DNA from: Eledone cirrhosa
Taxonomy: Eukaryota
Assembly (NCBI GenBank): GCA_964016885.1
Contig: CAXHJY010000929.1
Span: forward strand, 61,120 to 125,119
DNA: 64,000 bases
Direction of reading: 5' to 3'
Shown: one piece after another, positions 15,001-29,700 of the stretch
Layout of the letters: each line of letters begins with the position of its first letter
Position numbering within the stretch: the first letter of the stretch is position 1
Made by a program: the position numbers and the translations under genes
The notes under the pieces: generated by a model
What the model saw: the letters and a program-made list of their open reading frames with translations, nothing else
What the model was told of the DNA's origin: nothing
Databases searched by the model: none

Positions 15001-17088
15001 TATGCTCTGAGTTTAAATCCCACTTCTTGTCACCAGAATGGCACTGGTGTTTCTGCCAGTTGTGACCAACAGATAATATCAGCAGTTGGAAGATTGTTTC
15101 CTTGTTCCAATTTATTGATCAATCTATTTCTTGTGTAACTCTGCAATATCTCTTGCATATCTTTAGGGTTCTGCATACCCTGTTTTGAGAACCCTTGCTT
15201 TTACACTATTTACCAATATTCCAGCTTCCTGCGAAACCCCCAGAGGTTGCTGAGTGGTCTGAACACAAGAATGCTGATGGACGAGTGTATTACTATAATG
15301 CCAAAACAATGGAGTCGACTTGGGATAAACCACAGGTTCTTATAGAATGGGATGGTAAGAATGAAGACTGAGTCTTTTATTTTGTTTCTTAATTTTTTGT
15401 TTTGTTTTTCAGCAGATATATGTATGGACATGGTTGTACAGTGGTAACTTAAGCAATGTTTGCAATCAACTTGTAAAACTGGTTTGTAATTTAGATGTAT
15501 ATATATAAATTTAAGTATATATTTTGTCTGAGTTTATTAACAACGTATCATCACTTATCTTGAGCATGAGTTATTTTTTTCATCATCAATTTAACCATGT
15601 GATTAATTTTTATTTTTTTTAATTTTTGTTATCGAAACACTTGTAATAATAGGTATTCTCATTTCACAATTAACACATATTTTGGCTTCTATCGTTACTA
15701 CAAGTATTACACGTTATTTTAACTTCTTATAAAAAGAAAAAAAAAATTGCTCAGGAGATTTTTTTTTTTTAAAGATTTATGTTAGCGTTTTTCCACTTCC
15801 TTCATTAAAAAAAATTCAAGTCCTCTTTTTAGACATTTTCTAAACAGTATTTTATTTTTGTTTTTATTTTTGCTGACAGCTGTAACACTATTTGGAACTG
15901 ATGGATTATGTTGAGATAACTTGCTCAGTAAGCTCAGTTGTTTACAAATCTCCCATAGATTTCTGGGGAAAACTACTGGAATAGAAATCCAATATATTGT
16001 GGAAGATTCAATTGTAGCCACTCAAAAACACACAAAGTTTGTGAACTTTACATTTATCATTTATTTCTTGGTGTGAAAACTTGCACTGCACTGTTTGCGG
16101 GTCACTGACAAAGTTCCACTGCAAATGTTCACACCCAGAAATAAATGATAAATGTAAAATGAACTGTTTTTGTGTATTTTTGAATGGCTACAATGATTTT
16201 CCCAATATAATTGTTTTAGTTTCAATACAGTCACAGATCAGGTTACTTGCCAGAAATATAGAACTCCGAATCAAGTATTTATATTTGGAAAAATCAAAAA
16301 ATCATAGTGGTGTAAAAATTCTTTTACTGGAGCCTAACTTATTAAATTTATTAGATTGAAATAAACTTTAAATAATACTTAACTCTACATACATAAATTT
16401 TAAAAGTTTTGGCTCATTTTTATGTAAATATTTGACATTAGGTTTATATATTACTATATTTTTTCGGTACTTCAAACTTGTTAGGTATATGTTAACTAAT
16501 TAATTTGTTTTTTCAGTTTTGGGTTTGAAATAAATAATTTTGTGGCATGAAGACAGCAGTAGATCTACAAAACTTTGAGATATTGCTACTGAATATTGGC
16601 AATTTTTCGGTAGGATAAGATTTTAGATTATCAGGTATCAAAGTATTACATTAGCGAGAGAACTTTACAATGTTTCTATTATATCAATAATTCACTAGTG
16701 GAACCGATATTGTCAAAATTACATCAGGAATTTTTTCAAACATTCTTCTTTACGTCTCCTAAAACTTTTCTTCAGATCTAAAGGTTTATTCATTTAACTC
16801 TTAACATCTTGTAATGATTTAGCAGAAAATAACTATAAAAAAAATAACAGGTTTGTTAATTCAACTGTTTATAGTATCTTTATTAACAGACAGATGGTTG
16901 TGAACATTTGCAGTATGAGAGTAAACACTTCATTTTTTAATGTGATTCAGTCAGAGTACAGTTTTGAAATTTTCAAGAATGTCTTGCTAATATGGTTTCA
17001 TGCAGTAGAGGAGGTTAAGAGTTAAGATAATGTATTTAAATAAGAGGTTTATCAACACAAGGTTTTTGCTTTCTGTTATAGATACATA

Positions 17089-17129
<41 letters not shown>

Positions 17130-17747
17130 CTTGCTTAAACAGTTGCTAGATATTTAATTTGACAAATGTATATTATGGGTGGGAGAGGTTGCTAGATTAT
17201 GTGTGTAGAAACACACATACTGCGCTTGTTTGTGTATATATGTATGTGTATATGTAGCATTATGATATATACACACATAGGGCGGTGAATTGGCAGTATC
17301 GGTAGAGGGTCGGACGCCATGCTTTGTCGCATAGTTACGGCCCTTGCCATTCTGGGTTCAAATCCCGCCGAGGTTAACTTAGCTTTTCATCCTTACAGGG
17401 TCGATAAAATAAGGTACCAGTAATGTACTGGGATAATTGCTGGCCTTGTGCCAATAGTAGAAACAATTATGATATACACACACACACACACACACAAATC
17501 TGTAATATTTCTTCTCTCTATAGTCTGAGTTCAAATTCCACAATTGCACAGAGGTCAACTTGACCCTAACCTTTCTTCCTTTTTGGGTCAATAAATACAA
17601 TACCAGTCCATGGAGTGTGGATTGGTAAAATTGTTAGCATGCGTCAATTATATCTCTGTGTTCTCAGTTCCAATCCTGCTTCCTGTCACTGGCGAATTTG
17701 TCATAGGAGGCTGGCTAAACATATGCAGATTTGAGTTGTAAGAAATG

Positions 17748-17778
<31 letters not shown>

Positions 17779-20700
17779 AAAAATACACATTTTATGACCC
17801 TCACAATATTCCATTTGCAATTGTTTCATAGGCTAAGAGACTTTGAATAAGTGGATGTCATATTTTCAGGTGAATGTGTTTGTTTAGCTATTTGTCTTAA
17901 CATCCATAGTTTCCATTTGAGCCAGTTTTATTTGTTCATGAAACCATGTGTTGCAAATGGAATATTGTGTGTATGAACCTCAATATATAAATATAAGCTC
18001 TGTTTATATATAGAGTGCTCTTTTTTGGTATTTTTGTTACTTATATGTCTATATACATACATATATATACACACAAAATATTTCATCTATAAGTGGCAAC
18101 TATTGTAATACAAGTTTCATTTGTAACCAGCCACTTGGTGTAACTTGTATTGCAAGTAACTCACTTAAAATATCTCACTCTACTCTATGTATAGAGGCCT
18201 ACTATCAGATAATTGCAATTTGTCAAACATATGTATATCAGCTATCTTTAATGAGTTAAAATTGTAAATAGTAACTGCTCGAAACTGGATGTTGACATTT
18301 ATTTGTTGATGATAAAAAGAATTGTTTGAATTTTGTTTGCTTGCTATCATGAAGTTAACGTCACTACTTATCACTGGTATATAGCCAAACTAGCACAGCT
18401 CCAGAAGCCCGACCCAGCTGCTGCAACTCCTGAGTGTAACACTCAGGTAAACACCATGTTACAAGTAAATGGTACTGAAGAATCAGAGGAAGTTCCCATG
18501 GAAACATTACCTTCTAAGGAAGAAGAAGAGAAAAGTGATGAGGTAAGGATGGGTTCTTTTTCTCCAGTATTTCTGGTCAGAGCAGAATACAAAATGTCAA
18601 GATTATATTTCCTCCATTTATTCCTGTTTCAGCATTGACATTGAGACTATTTTAAGATCTGGTCTCTCCATCTACCAATGGGGTGTCCTTGGTTTCTGTT
18701 TCCAGGTATTATATCCTCCAGAAAGATGTTAGAGAAACCACCAACCCTGCTCATTGTCATTACATTGAGTTCTTCCCCAACATTGAGACTGTTTTAGGGT
18801 CCAGTCTCTCCATCCATTATTGGGGGTGTCCTAAGTTTCTTTTTAGAGGGATCACTGGCCAAATAGTTTGACAGAATTGCTTTCAATTTTATTAAAAATT
18901 GGTTGTTGTGTCATTTCTCAGTAATATATTTTGTGTCAGTTAAATGTTTAACTGTAACAAATTCCATGACATGGTTTTACAGAGTGGACTGGATGCATTT
19001 TATCATGGTGCCAACACTACCAATTTACAGTGTACTGGGTGTATATTATTATAATTGTTTCTACGTTAGGCACAAGGCCAGCAATTACCCAGTGCATTAC
19101 TGGTACTTTATTTTATCGACCCCGTAAGGATGAAAGGCAAAGTTAACCTCGGTGGGATTTGAACTCAGAATGGCAAGGGCCGTAACTCTATGCGTCAAAG
19201 CATGGTGTCCGACCCTCTACCAATACTGCCAATAATGCCAACACTACAGATGCTATCACATGCTTGGCCAGAAAAAGGTGTTTTCTCAAATCCTATATTT
19301 GATATATATTAATTATTATTTAAATAAATAAAGTACTATTTATTGATTATTTAGAAGAAAAACAATGATTATGTTTTAGGACGAAAAGCAAAAAGAAAGT
19401 GAAGAAAAAACTGAAGAACAAAAGGCTGCAGATAAAGCTCGACCTGTTTCTAGTACTCCTGTCCCAGGAACTCCTTGGTAGGTCTATATATTTTCTTAAC
19501 TCTAACATAAATACAATCATTATCATCACCATTTAACATCCATTTTTCCATGCTAGCATGGGTTAGACAAGTTGTCCTGTTGTGAAACAAATCATACAGA
19601 ACTGTTTCTGTATGAACGGTTTCAATGGCTGGATGCCCTTCCTAATGTCAATCACATTTACAGTGTGAACTGGATGCTTTTTATTGTGACACACGTCCAC
19701 AACCACTTTATAGTGTGGACTGGGCGTTTTTTGTTGACTCCTACATGACCACTTTACACTGGATTTGGTGCTTTTTTTTTTTGTCGTGACACCTACACAA
19801 CCACTTTTACAGTGAGGAATGGGCACTTTTTGTTGTGACACAACCACTTTACTGTGTGGACTGGGCTCTTTTAATCATGACACCGATATGACTACTTTAC
19901 AATATGGACAGGGTGCTGGGGTGGGGGTGGTGTGTGTATGTTGGGTAGAGATTGGAGAGGTAGGTCTAGGGTGGGGTGCTTAGTTAGTGAAGGGTGGAGT
20001 GTTAAGATATGGGAGGTGTATGAAAGGGGAAAGTTGGTGCATACGAGAGACCACGTTTACTTCAACCCTTGCACATGGGAAGGCGGGTATTCTGTAGTAT
20101 TGCATAATGCCAGATATTGTTAACTCTTTCATACATCATCTCAATAAACATGATATATAGACATACTTCTGTGCGTATGATAGGACTGGAGTCCCCATCA
20201 CTAAAACTCCCAAGAAAGTTTCTTTCAGGTGTAACTTTGTAGGGGCTCAGTTAAACCTACTTAGGTGTGAGCTGTAACTTGACAAAATGGGGCCCCTGTC
20301 ATAAAAACTCCCAAGAAACCTCCTGAGATACAACCTCATAGGAGGCCAAATAAACCTACATAAATGTCAACTGTAACTACATAATAGGATTGGGGTCCCT
20401 GTCATTAAAACTCCCAAGAAACCTCAGGAGGTCAACTAAACCTACATAGACGTGAGCTGTAACAACAGCATGATAGGACTGGAACCCCTACCATTATAAG
20501 ACCCAAGAAACCTATGATATATAAAATCATAGAAGACCAACTAAACCTACATAATTGTGAGCATATCATTTCATATTTCCAGGTGTGTTGTATGGACTGG
20601 AGATGGCCGAGTCTTCTTCTATAATCCTAGTCAGCATCTTTCTGTTTGGGAAAAACCCGAAGGACTTGTTGGTCGTGCAGATGTTGAACGAATGCTACAA

Positions 20701-23700
20701 GGTCCACCAGGTGGCTCTCCAGCAGATAAAAGTAAATGGAAACTTTATCTTCAGCTTCTCTCTATTCTATCAACTTTCTGTCCGATCACACTCACTCTAT
20801 CTACCTCTAATTTCTGTCCTATTACACCCACTCTACCTCTAATTTCTGTCCTATTACACCCACTCTACCTCTAATTTCTGTCCTATTACACCCACTCTAC
20901 CTCTAATTTCTGTCCTATTACATCCACTCTACCTCTAATTTCTGTCCTATTACACCCACTCTACCTCTAATTTCTGTCCTATTACACCCACTCTACCTCT
21001 AATTTCTGTCCTATTACACCCACTCTACCTCTAATTTCTGTCCTATTACACCCACTCTACCTCTAATTTCTGTCCTATTACATCCACTCTACCTCTAATT
21101 TCTGTCCTATTACACCCACTCTACCTCTAATTTCTGTCCTATTACACCCACTCTACCTCTAATTTCTGTCCTATTACATCCACTCTACCTCTAATTTCTG
21201 TCCTAATACACCCACTCTACCTCTAATTTCTGTCCTATTACATCCACTCTACCTCTAATTTCTGTCCTATTACACCCACTCTACCTCTAATTTCTGTCCT
21301 AATACACCCACTCTACCTCTAATTTCTGTCCTATTACACCCACTCTACCTCTAATTGCTGTCCTATTACACCCACTCTACCTCTAATTTCTGTCCTATTA
21401 CACTCATTCTACCTCTAATTTCTGTCCTATTACACTCACTCTACCCTTAATTTCTGTCCTAATACACCCACTCTGCCTCTAATTTCTGTCCTAATACACC
21501 CACTCTACCTCTAATTTCTGTCCTAATACACCCACTCTACCTCTAATTTCTGTCCTAATACACCCACTCTACCTCTAATTGCTGTCCTATTACACCTACT
21601 CTACCTCTAATTTCTGTCCTATTACACCCACTCTACTTCTAATTTCTGTCCTAATACACCCACTCTACCTCTAATTTCTGTCCTATTACACCCACTCTAC
21701 CTCTAATTGCTGTCCTATTACACTCACTCTACCTCTAATTGCTGTCCTATTACACCCACTCTACCTCTAATTTCTGTCCTATTACACCCACTCTACCTCA
21801 AATTTCTGTCCTAATACACCCACTCTACCTCTAATTTCTGTCCTATTACACCCACTCTACCTCTAATTTCTGTCCTATTACACCCACTCTACCTCTAATT
21901 TCTGTCCTAATACACCCACTCTACCTCTAATTTCTGTCCTAATACACCCACTCTACCTCTAATTTCTGTCCTAATACACCCACTCTACCTCTAATTGCTG
22001 TCCTATTACACCTACTCTACCTCTAATTTCTGTCCTATTACACCTACTCTACCTCTAATTTCTGTCCTATTATACCCACTCTACCTCTAATTTCTGTCCT
22101 ATTACACCCACTCTACCTCTAATTTCTGTCCTAATACACCCACTCTACCTCTAATTTCTGTCCTATTACATCCACTCTACCTCTAATTTCTGTCCTAATA
22201 CACCCACTCTACCTCTAATTTCTGTCCTATTACACTTACTTATCTGCCTCCAATTCCTGTTGTATTACTCTTACTATTTCTAATTCCTGTCATATTACAT
22301 TTACTCTATTTCCAACCTGTTGTATTACTCTTATTCTATCTACCTCTAATTTCTATGACATCAACTATAGTAATTAACCATAGAAATTGGTTCTATATTT
22401 CCAGAAAAGAAAGAAGAGGATGATGAAGATGAACCAGCTACCAAGAAAAAGAAGTAAGTCTCAAACTTTTAACCCTTTTGATACCAAACTGTCTGACAAT
22501 GTCACTGTTTATATTTATCTAAGAACTTCTGTTATGTTCCAAACGCCAGTTTATTAATGTGAAAGTTATATTCTTGATTCTTTGATTCTTTTCAAAATGA
22601 TTAGGAAATCAGAAACAGTTCTTTTAGAAATATAGTAACAAAAGAGTTAAACATATCTTTGTTTCAATTTATGCAGTTATATAAAAGAACCAGGGTCGTG
22701 GTTTCGGGCAAGTTGTTATCAAGAGTTAAGCTCGTATTTCTAGCAAGTCAAGTGACCACATAAAGGCTCTCTTATTGATTTGATGGTTGTATTGTGCAGT
22801 GGTAAAAGTGTTAGTGTGTCTAAGGTTTGAAACTGAATGGATAAGATTTGTGTGTATTTTCAGGATTGATAAAGACGACAGCAAGCTGGATGATAAGAGG
22901 GACACCATAAAACAGATTGATGCTGGTAAGGAAGCTGCTATAGAGGCAGAAGTTCAAGCAGCACGGCAGAGAGCTATTGTACCTTTGGAGATTCGTATGA
23001 AACAGTTCAGAGATATGTTGGCAGAAAAAGAGGTAGATATTGATTAAAATCATTATCATTTTACGTCCCCTTTCCACACTGGCATGGGATGGATGGGTTG
23101 TCATGATCTGAGACTAAACAGGGAACAATGCATCTTTCTTATGTTTCATATTTGGCATGGTTTCTACAACTGGATGCCTTTCTTAATACCATCCACCTTA
23201 CAAAGTGACCTGGCTGAATTTTTTCGGGACTCTAACAATACCATTTTACAGAGTGGACTAGGTGTATTTTATTATGGCATCAATAATAACACTTCATAGG
23301 TTGTATTTGGTGCATTTTATTGTGGCGGCAGTAATAAAGAGGTTGTCATATGCTAGGCCAGACTGGAGAGTCCTCTCTAACTCTATATTGTCTCTGATTT
23401 CAATTACTGAATACTGTAGCCTCCAGTCTCTCACCAAATTTACTTTTGGTGTCATCCTGTTTGTACTGGTGTACGGGTCTCTTTTACTAAAAGACCAGAG
23501 TCTACAGTGTTAGGTAATCCAAATCAAACAGAAGTTGGAATGTTTCAATTTTATGAATTTTTATAAAAGTTTTAATATATATGGAATAATTAACTTTAAA
23601 GATGCTATAAAATTAATTCTGTACACACAAAAGAAAAATGTTATCTAAATGACAAATAAATGGTAAAATAATACAAAGAAGTATGGAGTTATGTGGTCTG

Positions 23701-26700
23701 GTGTGTTTTATTTTAGCACTAACCTTTGTCAAGTCCTTGATAGGACCAAATAAATCCTCTGTATCCTATGTTGACTTGATCTTTTTGTTCACCATGAGTG
23801 TGTTCCATAGTGACACCAACACATTTAGCGTCTTTATATTAGTATTGGTGGGTGGGCCTTTTCTAGTACATCAAATCGCTACTCAGTACAATTCTGTGTA
23901 CTCTTCTTCGTAAGGTTATTTTAGATCATTCTTCACAACTTTGTCCCATTGTCTTCCTTGGTCTCCTGCTTTCACAGGTTTCATCTACTTCATGTGCTCA
24001 ACCTTTTTTATACATCTCATTCTCTCTTTATGCATCACATCACAATACCAGCTCAATTGTTTTTGTTGCACACTACATTCAATTCCTCTTATATTTAGCT
24101 TTTATCTCAGTTCATTTGTGCTCTGACATTCCCGAACACTAACATTATACATCCAGTGAAGCATGAATGCTTCATATTTATTTTCTAGCTCTCATAAATC
24201 TTCTTCACTTATGGTCCATGTCTTGCTGTTATGCATCATAGCAGTATGAACATAAGCATCACATAATTTGCTTTCACTCAAAGAGAGAAGGTATCTGTTG
24301 TCAGAAGAGGTAACAGCTCCTTGAATTTCTTCCACCCTGTTCTCACACTGACTACAACATATTCAGTACATACACCTCCACTGTTAATAGACAACAAAAA
24401 CCTTATTTTTAGTGAGCCTTCTGAGCATTTGAGGGAGTTCATTTCACAATCTTATTGTTGACATCATCTGTTCACTTGCCACTTGTGAAGTCTGCTTTCT
24501 CCGTAAGCTTACCTGTGATCCCACCTCATCTCTTGTACATTGTTCACATCGGGTATACAGTACAGAATTTCTACCTGCTCCTTTAATGCATATTGAGTAT
24601 GGCCGTTTCTCTGATAGTAGCAGAGTCCTATCTTCTTTCCTATGTTCTAGAACATAGGTCTTTGCTAGGTTTTTATATTTATCTAAAAACCTTCCATCAC
24701 AATTTCATGTAGGAATCTTTAAGTTATGTTGCAAACATCAACTTAATAACAAGAAAGTTAGTTACTAAATCTCTCCAAATTGTTGATTATTTTAAAAATA
24801 TGAAAATCATAGGCAGTGTCTTTAGAAATATAGTAAGGAAAGAGTTTAACGGCTAAAATGGTTCTTCCACAATGTAATTGTTTCATTTTCAACATATTGT
24901 TTCAGATGAAGTCAGTTGCTAAACATGCAAAACTTGAATATTTAAAACTGATTTATTTCATTGTATTGTAGGTGTCTGCCTTTTCCACATGGGAGAAAGA
25001 ACTCCACAAAATAGTGTTTGATACAAGGTATTTATTGTTAACATCAAAGGAGCGTAAACAAGTGTTTGAGCAATATGTTAAGGAACGAGCTGAGGAAGAA
25101 AGACGGGAGAAACACCGCAAACTAAAGGAGAAAAGGGAATCCTTCAGGATGTTGATGGAAGAGGCAAAGTTACACGGCAAGTAAGTATAGTATACTTGGA
25201 TTTTTATTGTGCTAATGCCACAATAAAATACACCCAGCACACTCTGTAAAGTGGTAGTACTGGTGTCACAAAATGTACCCTACCCTTTTTGTAGGTAGTG
25301 CTGGTATATAAAATGCACCCAGCTCACTGTAAGGTGGTAGTACTCGGGCCACAATAAAATATGTTCTGTCCACCCTGTAAAGAAGTAATGTTGGTGCCCC
25401 AATAAAAATCACCTAGTCCATGCCAAAACCAGAATGTGTGAACAAAATGTTGCCCCAAGCCCATCTGGGGGAACTAGCTCTGATTAAGTATTGACTTCCT
25501 GTGTACTGATTCCTCCAACCCATGCCAACATGGAAAAGAAGACAAAATGAGGACTTTCAACTCTTGGATCTTGACCCTCCCCCTCCCCCATTAATTTTTC
25601 AGGGTTTCCCCCATCCTACTTATTGCATTTTGCTAATTTATCTCCAGCAAAATTTCATTTTAAGAGGTAGCATTCCTGCGACAAATTATTTTCTTTATAC
25701 ATTAAAATACATTATACATGACAAAAAAAGTACATTACAAGCAATTTCATATGTTATAAAATAAATAGGATGGGTTAGGGGTCTCAATATGTAAACTAAA
25801 TGACTAATTCTAGTTTTAAAAAAAAAATGATGTCAACTTAGAAAAATGACTGATTTTCCAACCCCCTATTATTTGGGAGCCGAGAGTAGTTATGATAGGA
25901 AGTGACAAGGCTTTTTTAGATTTTATATGATTAAAAAAATTTTTTTGTGGAAACAATTTTGAAAACTCCTTATGGCTTTGGTGTTTTTGTTTTTCAGGTC
26001 CTCTTTCAGTGATTTTGCAGCCAAATATGGTAAAGATGAGCGTTTCAAGGGAATTGAAAAGATGAGGGAGCGTGAATCTATGTTCAGTGATTATGTATCT
26101 GAACTTCGCAAAAAGGAGAAAGAAGAGAAATCTACCCAAAAAGAGAGGGTATGTGTTTATAAGTTGGTGTACCAGTGGTTGACCTGGTCTATATAATATA
26201 TATTTTTTCTTGTTCTTCATTTACATATACATTATTCCTGTAAAATTTAATTCCAAAAATTCTCAAAAAGAAAAAAAAAAACATAATTGTTTGAACAGAT
26301 AAATTTAATGAATGTTTTAGCTGATCTTTGATTAGGAAACAAGAGTTTTAACGAGTATAAATCAAAATAAATGTTTAAAAAAAGGTTTCTACTATTTGAA
26401 ACCAGTTTTTGATTGGCCGACACCTTGTTTCCTTTCAGCTTTCTCCTTGCAGTCTGGGCTGAAAAAAAAATATGCCAGTTGTTTTTATTATTATAATCTA
26501 ATAATATCTATCTATTTCAGGACTTTTCCTTCCTTCAAATATCATTTTTCATGCCCACTTTGTATTTTATGAAATGTTAAATGTTACTCTGATTAGTTCA
26601 TATGTTTCACTCCCAGACTCATTTTATACTTATGATAATAATAATATTGATGATAAGGAGCAGAAAGTTGAAGGCTATGTGAACATTTTATTTTATTACT

Positions 26701-29700
26701 ACGTATTTACGTACCTATTTGACTCATTTTTAATGCATTGGATGACCTTGTTGTACATGTTTAAGTTGCATTAATGATTATCCTTCTCGTATTTCTCCAA
26801 TGCAACACAACATATAATTCACCTGTCTCCCATCCTTTTTTTTTTAATGAAAAATATTTTGTTATTATTTTTTGTATTAAATATTTTGATCACAGATAAG
26901 GCAACTGATTCAACCTCTATTAACTGACATTATTTTGGTTTTATATAATACTGTTGCATGATATGAAAAAAAAAAAAAATTTAAGTACACAAGCAATTTA
27001 GTAAGTTAATATATATATATAAAGGTCTTGAGCATTTTCAGTAATTGTCACATTTATTTCCCCCCTGAAATATTTAACGGTTTGGAATTCTGTAATATAT
27101 AATTAATTACTAAATGTACACTTTATCTTGAGAGTAATAGTAAATTTACTATATATAATTTCATCTAATGTAAAATCCCTCTTTATGCTATATATATACC
27201 TGGCAATTTTCTCAGTAACAAACCAATCTACATTTCTTAATAAGTGTAACTCATTCCAATAAGCTTTATTACTGAAGTAATTTTGTAATTGTTCTTACAT
27301 TTGTTAAACTTGTAAGTGTTCATAAGAATGTTTGGGTAGATTGCAGTTTGCCAGTCACTAGAAATAAGATTTTCTGATTTTTTTTCTCTCTCTCCTTTAT
27401 TTTTTTGTTAAAAAATTTATGTGTATTTATAATATACATCACATCTCTCTAGTATTTAAAATTTCATTTTAACTATGTGTTTAGTTATTTTGTTATGTTA
27501 ACTTTTGATTGAGATAAAATTTAGCATCCATGATAATTAGTCTTGCTGACTTTGAAGTAAATGTCACAATAAAAATACACTTTATAATGAACAATATTGA
27601 GGAAGTTTAAATAAATTAATAATTAATGGTTTAACAAAAGAAAAAAAGTAATAATTATTGTAATGAGTGTCTAAATAAATGAATAATTGAGTTTTCTTCT
27701 AAATAATTGTATAATGTTAAATATATTGTATCAGTTAAGTAAATATTTCCTAGTTGTAACTCTCTCATGATCAAGAATAGGTTTAAAACATGTTAGGGCA
27801 GCTGTTCTATATGTAATGTTGTATATATTTAAGACAAGAAAGAGGCTGGTGAACTGCAAGTCAACCCAATTTTTTATGATGTTCTAACTATTTAAAAAAG
27901 TCTTTTGAGTTTCAATATTTTTTCTGATGAATAATTTTATGTCCCTTTCAAAAGAAAGCCTTGCAGTTACAGTCAAGTAAGGCCCGAGGTTGAATTTGTC
28001 GATGTGCAGTCTGAGTTGCATTGAGTTATGGATATTTGGTCAGCCATTCCAGACGAATTGCTCTGGCGCATACCTAGCCAAAAATGGCTATCTCAGTGAC
28101 TGGTATTTGTTTCTTCTGTATCTTTTGTTTGAATGAACTTTGTTAGGGTTTTACATGATAATAATAATAATAATCTAAATTGGGGTCATTCCATGCCATG
28201 TTATACTATAACCTGTTAGAAGAGCATTGTAATTTTTTATTTTTTTATTTTTTTATTTTTATTTTTTTAATTTTTTTAATTTTTTAATTTTTTTTTTTAA
28301 TTTTTGAAAAGGTTCTAAATAAACAAGTTAATTAAACATTAAAAAATCTTTATTAAATATTAAATTTAATTAACTCTTAATGTCCTGTACCACATGAAAC
28401 TGCCTTAACAAGACATTATTGAAAAGTACCACACAGAACTACCACTGCATCACATTGAAAATTAGTCTAATTCAAACACTGTAAATGATCTGTCCCCTAG
28501 TAAAGACACTATACTATAAACATTTGAATTTGCAACCTCATTTTTTAGTTATTTACTGTCAAATTATTACAGGATATTAAGAGTTAATCTCTCAGATTTT
28601 CATTATTATGGCTGTTAGTTTTTAAATATTTATTATATTTGATAATATTGAACTATAGAAGGATATTTATTCACTTGTGTCAACTTTAGAAATATTGTAT
28701 ATGAATAATATTCCATTTGCATGTAAATAATTTTACCATGTTAATTTAGAAAATATTTAGCCTTAATCTACATTTCTTTTGTGTTGTACTTTTAAAGAGA
28801 AATTTACAGAATTTCTATGTGATTTAATTAAAAACAAAGACATTAGCCTCTGTATATGTAATGTTAATATTTTAAAATAAGACCAGTGTTCCTATTAAAA
28901 CTGATAAATCTCAAACTAATATCAATTCATGTTATATATAGATTATTTAGTTCAAATTATGTTGACACTAAATAAGAATTTATATTGTTCTCAGTTAATA
29001 TTTTCTTAACTTTGTAATTGTTTAATGAAATTGTCAATCTTGCTAAAACATTAGATAAATATTTATTAGTATATTTTAGAGCAATTTTGTAAATATCTTT
29101 GAATATCTAGAACATATTGTAGTTTAATTAAATAGAATTAATTATAAATTATTGTTAGTGATTTTTCTTTTTGTTCCCACTTTTCCTTTTGTGTATGGAA
29201 TGGCCCTGTGATATTAAGTTAAAGTTTACATATTATTAAAATAGTAAACTTGGCTGTTTGTGTGACATTACTGATGTCTTAGTATGTTGCTGTGTGAATG
29301 CTGTTTCCATTCTTTATGCCACCAGCAGTTTAGAGTCACTTGCTCATAAAACAAGTGACTCTTGTCTCCAACAAAATATTGGCCTTGTATTGTTCTCCAG
29401 ATATTGTTCATGTGCTGGTTGTTGTTAATTCCAAAAATATGTCCTACATATTCATATCTTACCTTGATGGACTTGAGTTTTTCTTTAAATTATTTTAGAA
29501 TATTTTTTTTCACTGGAATATCAATATATTGAAACTTAAATGAAAAATGTTTTGTCAGATTTGTTTTGAGTTTGATGAGCAAGAAGACCAATATTCTGTG
29601 CATGTGTGTGTGTGTGTTTATATATATATATATCTGCATTCACATGCACAGGTATACTGTTCCCTCTCACCTAATACTTGAACAAACATGATTACATTTT

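Noticed and set aside
20799-22240. CRISPR-like array
   Set aside because: Contiguous 32-bp tandem units with no unique spacers, in a eukaryotic intron with no cas genes.
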